Shown one piece after another: positions 60,151 to 64,000 of a DNA stretch of 64,000 nucleotides. Under the pieces are notes generated by a model. It searched no databases. It saw only the letters and a list, made by a program, of their open reading frames with translations, and was not told the DNA's origin. Where the stretch lies: positions 33,656 to 97,655 of the forward strand of contig DXMX01000001.1 of the NCBI GenBank assembly GCA_019413955.1, read 5' to 3'. Origin of the DNA: Collinsella sp. GTDB taxonomy: Bacteria; Actinomycetota; Coriobacteriia; Coriobacteriales; Coriobacteriaceae. The stretch's first letter is position 1, and each line of letters opens with the position of its first letter. Both the position numbers and the translations under genes were made by a program.

Positions 60151-60289
60151 ATCTCAATCTGTAACACCAAACTGCCCAAAACGGCTCTAGATGTTACAGA
60201 TTGAGATGAACCGAATGGCCGCCAATCTAATGTCTCGATCTGTAACACCAAGCGGGGAATTTGACCTCTAACTGTTACAGATCGAGACA
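60151..60289. repeat. Tandem pair of palindromes (16-17-bp arms, 25-nt spacers)
   Basis: ATCTCAATCTGTAACA-N25-TGTTACAGATTGAGAT and TGTCTCGATCTGTAACA-N25-TGTTACAGATCGAGACA. Confidence 0.85.
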
Positions 60290-60349
60290 AACTGGCCGGC
60301 CAAGTCCAGAACCACCACAAAGGTGCCTGTCCCTTTTGTGGCGGTTTGC

Positions 60350-60390
60350 GCAGGTAGAACGGTAGGTTCGTATATATGAACCTACCGTTC
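60350..60390 (+). promoter_or_regulatory. Operator-like motif upstream of surface protein 2
   Basis: GCAGGTAGA-N4-TAGGTT-N10-AACCTA within a 13-bp inverted repeat GAACGGTAGGTTC/GAACCTACCGTTC. Confidence 0.65.
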
Positions 60391-60450
60391 GCTTTGTTTT
60401 TGGACAACGATTACGCTGGATGACTTTTGGTTTGCAGGAAAGGAATGACT

Positions 60451-63400
60451 ATGAGGTGGACCACTGTTCGAGCGCTTTGCCGCTGCCTGACCGTTGCCGC
60501 TGTGACCCTCACCATGGTGACGGGTTCGCTGCCCGCGGACGCGTTTGCCGAGACTCTCACCACCGACGGCACTTTTGTGCAGACGGATAACGGCCAAGCA
60601 GCCGACGACGCTCCCGCCGATTCGGCTGACGCCCAAACGTCAGACTCTGCTTCCGCCGACCCCGCGCCCGATGCCGGCGCCGCCGACCCCACAGCGCTCG
60701 ATGCCGGTGACACCCCTGCGCCCCCGGCCTCCGAGATTGCATCGGCGGCGGGCCTGACGGGCGCCGGGCAGACCGAGAGCACACCTGCGGGTACGCTTGC
60801 CACCGATCTTGTCGAGGGCAAGGAACTCGCCGAGCAGCAGAAGCAAGAGGAGGCTTCCGGCGCCGAGGCAACCTGGAACGAGGAGCTTGAACTCTGGGCA
60901 ACCTCGAAGGGCGCCACGGGCGTAAAGGGCGAATACGACGATGGCTACGTGGCCGGCGAGCAGACCCCCGCGCAGTACTACTTCTCGATCGATAGCCTCA
61001 CCAATGAAATTTCTATCGAGTATGGCGACGCGGGCATTACCACGTTGGAGGTGCCCTCGACCATCGACGACAAAAATGTCGTAAGCCTTACGGGTATGGG
61101 AAGCGCTGCGCTCACATCGATCACCTTCGCCCCTAATTCGCATGTCCGCTCGGTTGGAGGCTTGGGCGGCAGCAGCATCAAAGAGATCGCACTGCCCGAT
61201 TCGGTCGAGGAGCTCAAGAGCTATGCATTCTACAAAAGCAAGACGCTCCAAACGGTAACCTGGCCCAACAACGCGGCCTTTACCACGATTCCCGAGCAGG
61301 CCTTTAAGGAATGTGAACAACTTGACGACAAGGTGGTGGCAACGCTGCCGCCTTCGGTCAAAACTATCGACTATCTTGCATTCGCCTATTGCGGCGTGCC
61401 ACAGTTCTATGTCTCGGACACAACAGTGCTCACCTTTACGCAGATCAATGTGCCGGGCACGGTGGAGCGGATTGAGCGCAATGCCTTTGACGGGTGCTCG
61501 CATGTGTCGTCGGTGACGATTGGCGACGGCGTTAAATATATCGGAGCGCACGCGTTCGCCTCTCTTGATCCTGCGATTGCCGGCAAAGAGATTGTGCTAC
61601 CCAAAAGCGTGGAAATGATAGAGTGGGGAGCTTTTGAGAACACGAGATACGGAAACGAGACGAACCATAATGCCGTTGCCCTGCGCGTGATGAACCCCGA
61701 TCTTCAGTTTGGTGAGGCGGGCTATTCGGGCGACTATAATGAGCGCGTGACAATCGATGGCGTAACGTATGCGATTCCCTTTAGTGAAGGCCAGACCATC
61801 TATGCCTATGCGACCGATTCGACTGGCAACCCCTCGATGGTCAAAAAGCTTGCCGATGCCGTGGCCGATCGCAAGGACTCCGTCGATTCCTCGAAGCCTG
61901 CCTACACGTTTGAGTGGCTGGGCGAGGCGGCCCAGGTGACGGGCAAACTTCCCCAGAGCGCGACGGCTACACTCGTGCAGGCGGGGCAGTCCACGCCGCT
62001 GGCGGTTGGCGATGACGGCAGCTTTACAGCGGACGCTCTCTCCAAGACAGCAACCACCCTGCGCATTTCGCTCAGCGGTTACTATGACATGGTGCTGGCG
62101 CGCCCGGGCGACCAGATGACGGGCACATGGAATATCGGAGAGATTAAGGCGGAGGACTTTACCAAGATTCCGGCCTCGCGCGCGATTGAGCTCAACGTGG
62201 GATATCTTGAACCGATTGTGGGCCAGGATAAAACTGAGCGGATTGAGCTCGACAGTCTCGATAACATCGATCTGACGGTGAAGAGCGGCGGCAAGACGCT
62301 CAAACCTGCCAAGGGTGACAAAGAAAACGACTTCCGTATCCAGGGCACAGCACTCGTGGTGTCGCAGGCCATTGCCGACGCGGACCAGGATCTGGAGATA
62401 ACGCTCGAGCCCAAAGACAGCCTCAAGCTGGGTGGGGCGACGGCGACGGTGAAACCTTCGGCCGGTAAGGTTGATATCGACTTGAAGCCCTGGGGTACGG
62501 CGACGGTCACGACCAAGGGCGACTACCAGGGAGCCAACCGCGTGCTGGTGTTCCGTACGTCCGACGGCAAGCTCGTTGCCGACGGTGTAACCTATTTGAT
62601 GGGTTACGAAGACGATGGCACCACGCCTATCATGAAGGCCGAGACGCCGCGCCTTAAGGCCGGTTCGTACACCATCGTCGCCTTTAACAAGACGAGCTAC
62701 GACATCCAAGCGGCGAGCTATTCCACGTTTAGCCGCCTAGGGCTGACCGTGGGTAAGCATATCGCGCAAAAGCAGGTGAAGATCGAGGACGGCAAACAGC
62801 TCGACGTGACGCTCGACGTCCCCACGTTTGACGTGGAGACGTATCGTGCCGAGCGTGGGCTGACGGCGGGCTCGGTTATCGCTGATTCGTCCGCGGTCGT
62901 TGGCGTGGAGACCGAGCTGCGCATTCATTACGAGCTCAAGGACAGCCAGGCTGCCAAGATTGAGATTCCGCTGGCCAAGGATGCCGTCGAGGATGTGTCC
63001 GCAGGCGCTCGCGAAGCCGGCGCCAGCTCCGATGCCATGTGGGCTGGCACAACTTGGGAGGGCGACAACCTCGTTCTCGATATGAAGAAGAGTGCGGGCG
63101 CCGATGTGTTTGTGCGCTTTAAGCCTAAGGCCGCGGGCATCTATGCCATCTCGCCGCTTATTACGCTGGGCGAGGTGACATTGCCGCTGGGAAGCACCAC
63201 ACTCGAGGTTAACGGATCGCGCATCGAGGTCGACAGCACCGACGTTCACAGCCTGCTGGGCAATGTGGCCTACGTATACGCAGCGCCCGGCAAAAGCGTG
63301 CAGCTTGCCGTGGGCACGGGCGCCTCGGCCGCAAAGTACACCGGCAAGACCAATAAACTCGGCCGTGCCAAGATTGAATACGACCTGCCGCAGGATACGC

Positions 63401-64000
63401 TTGCCGCCGAGCGCGTGATGCTCGAGGCGCGCGTGGGCTCGACCGACGTCGCCGCCGCTGCCGCAGAGGTGACGGCTCGCAATTATGTGCGCTATGTTCC
63501 GGGCGCTTCGGTCTGGAACTTTGATGTGACGTATCGTGGCGGTACGCAAAACCTGGTCAAGGACGGCAAGGACACCGGCAAGAGCCTGTGGACCTTCCAT
63601 CATCTGCCACAAAAGAAGAACGCCTACTGGACCTTTGACATCACGCTCGAGGTGGGAAACGAAGAGGCCGCCGACACGCTCGACCTGTACGTGGACTGCG
63701 TGGATGGCAAGACGGTGACGATTCCTCTGACTCAAAAGTCGCGCGAGGGCACCCGTGTGCGCTATGTGGCGGAGTATGTGGACGAGGGGTATCTCAAGCT
63801 GCTCGACGAGTTTAACAAAGCGAATGACTCGACCTATGTGAACTGCGGCAACTTTGAGCAGATCTTTATGCCGCAGACCTACCGCATCTCCAATGCTCAG
63901 CTTATGACCATGCTGAGTTTTGACGCCAACGCTTCGGCCAAAAAGCATTCCGCCGCGGCCGAGGAGCGCCAGCAGGAGTTCTCGAATGCCGTGCAGCAGT
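60451..64000 (+). CDS. Large secreted/surface protein with BspA-type (LRR_5) leucine-rich repeats, 3'-partial
   Basis: Absent from the ORF track because it is open to the window end; ATG after GAAAGGA; MRWTTVRALCRCLTVAAVTLTMVTGSLPADAFA signal; repeats such as LPDSVEELKSYAF and LPPSVKTIDYLAF; more than 1180 codons. Confidence 0.88.
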   Translation, partial: MRWTTVRALCRCLTVAAVTLTMVTGSLPADAFAETLTTDGTFVQTDNGQAADDAPADSADAQTSDSASADPAPDAGAADPTALDAGDTPAPPASEIASAAGLTGAGQTESTPAGTLATDLVEGKELAEQQKQEEASGAEATWNEELELWATSKGATGVKGEYDDGYVAGEQTPAQYYFSIDSLTNEISIEYGDAGITTLEVPSTIDDKNVVSLTGMGSAALTSITFAPNSHVRSVGGLGGSSIKEIALPDSVEELKSYAFYKSKTLQTVTWPNNAAFTTIPEQAFKECEQLDDKVVATLPPSVKTIDYLAFAYCGVPQFYVSDTTVLTFTQINVPGTVERIERNAFDGCSHVSSVTIGDGVKYIGAHAFASLDPAIAGKEIVLPKSVEMIEWGAFENTRYGNETNHNAVALRVMNPDLQFGEAGYSGDYNERVTIDGVTYAIPFSEGQTIYAYATDSTGNPSMVKKLADAVADRKDSVDSSKPAYTFEWLGEAAQVTGKLPQSATATLVQAGQSTPLAVGDDGSFTADALSKTATTLRISLSGYYDMVLARPGDQMTGTWNIGEIKAEDFTKIPASRAIELNVGYLEPIVGQDKTERIELDSLDNIDLTVKSGGKTLKPAKGDKENDFRIQGTALVVSQAIADADQDLEITLEPKDSLKLGGATATVKPSAGKVDIDLKPWGTATVTTKGDYQGANRVLVFRTSDGKLVADGVTYLMGYEDDGTTPIMKAETPRLKAGSYTIVAFNKTSYDIQAASYSTFSRLGLTVGKHIAQKQVKIEDGKQLDVTLDVPTFDVETYRAERGLTAGSVIADSSAVVGVETELRIHYELKDSQAAKIEIPLAKDAVEDVSAGAREAGASSDAMWAGTTWEGDNLVLDMKKSAGADVFVRFKPKAAGIYAISPLITLGEVTLPLGSTTLEVNGSRIEVDSTDVHSLLGNVAYVYAAPGKSVQLAVGTGASAAKYTGKTNKLGRAKIEYDLPQDTLAAERVMLEARVGSTDVAAAAAEVTARNYVRYVPGASVWNFDVTYRGGTQNLVKDGKDTGKSLWTFHHLPQKKNAYWTFDITLEVGNEEAADTLDLYVDCVDGKTVTIPLTQKSREGTRVRYVAEYVDEGYLKLLDEFNKANDSTYVNCGNFEQIFMPQTYRISNAQLMTMLSFDANASAKKHSAAAEERQQEFSNAVQQ

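Overview
High-GC chromosomal segment just downstream of the replication origin of an anaerobic gut actinobacterium. Coriobacteriia, most likely Collinsella, is inferred from gene order and protein style and was not verified by search. The backbone runs recF-dciA-gyrB-gyrA, tRNA-Ile/Ala/Ile, typA, two tRNA-Ser, rpsF-ssb-rpsR-rplI-dnaB, purA-purD, carAB, purE, class B sortase, purF-purM-purN, a PrsA-like foldase and a polar amino-acid ABC transporter. Accessory parts are: (i) a solitary DUF559/Vsr-like nuclease gene bracketed by two ~65-bp palindromes beside tRNA-Ser; (ii) an ~11-kb block between carB and purE with a truncated DMT gene, a YhcG nuclease, a decayed toxin-antitoxin pair and a complete beta-glucoside PTS locus; (iii) an AlbA_2/HATPase gene; (iv) a frameshifted multi-TM LuxR regulator facing two large surface-protein genes that share an upstream operator-like motif. 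Intergenic DNA holds at least three families of palindromic elements. The best candidate for an undescribed system is the palindrome-flanked nuclease together with gene-less palindromes of the same geometry. GyrA carries Phe at the Ser83-equivalent quinolone-resistance position.
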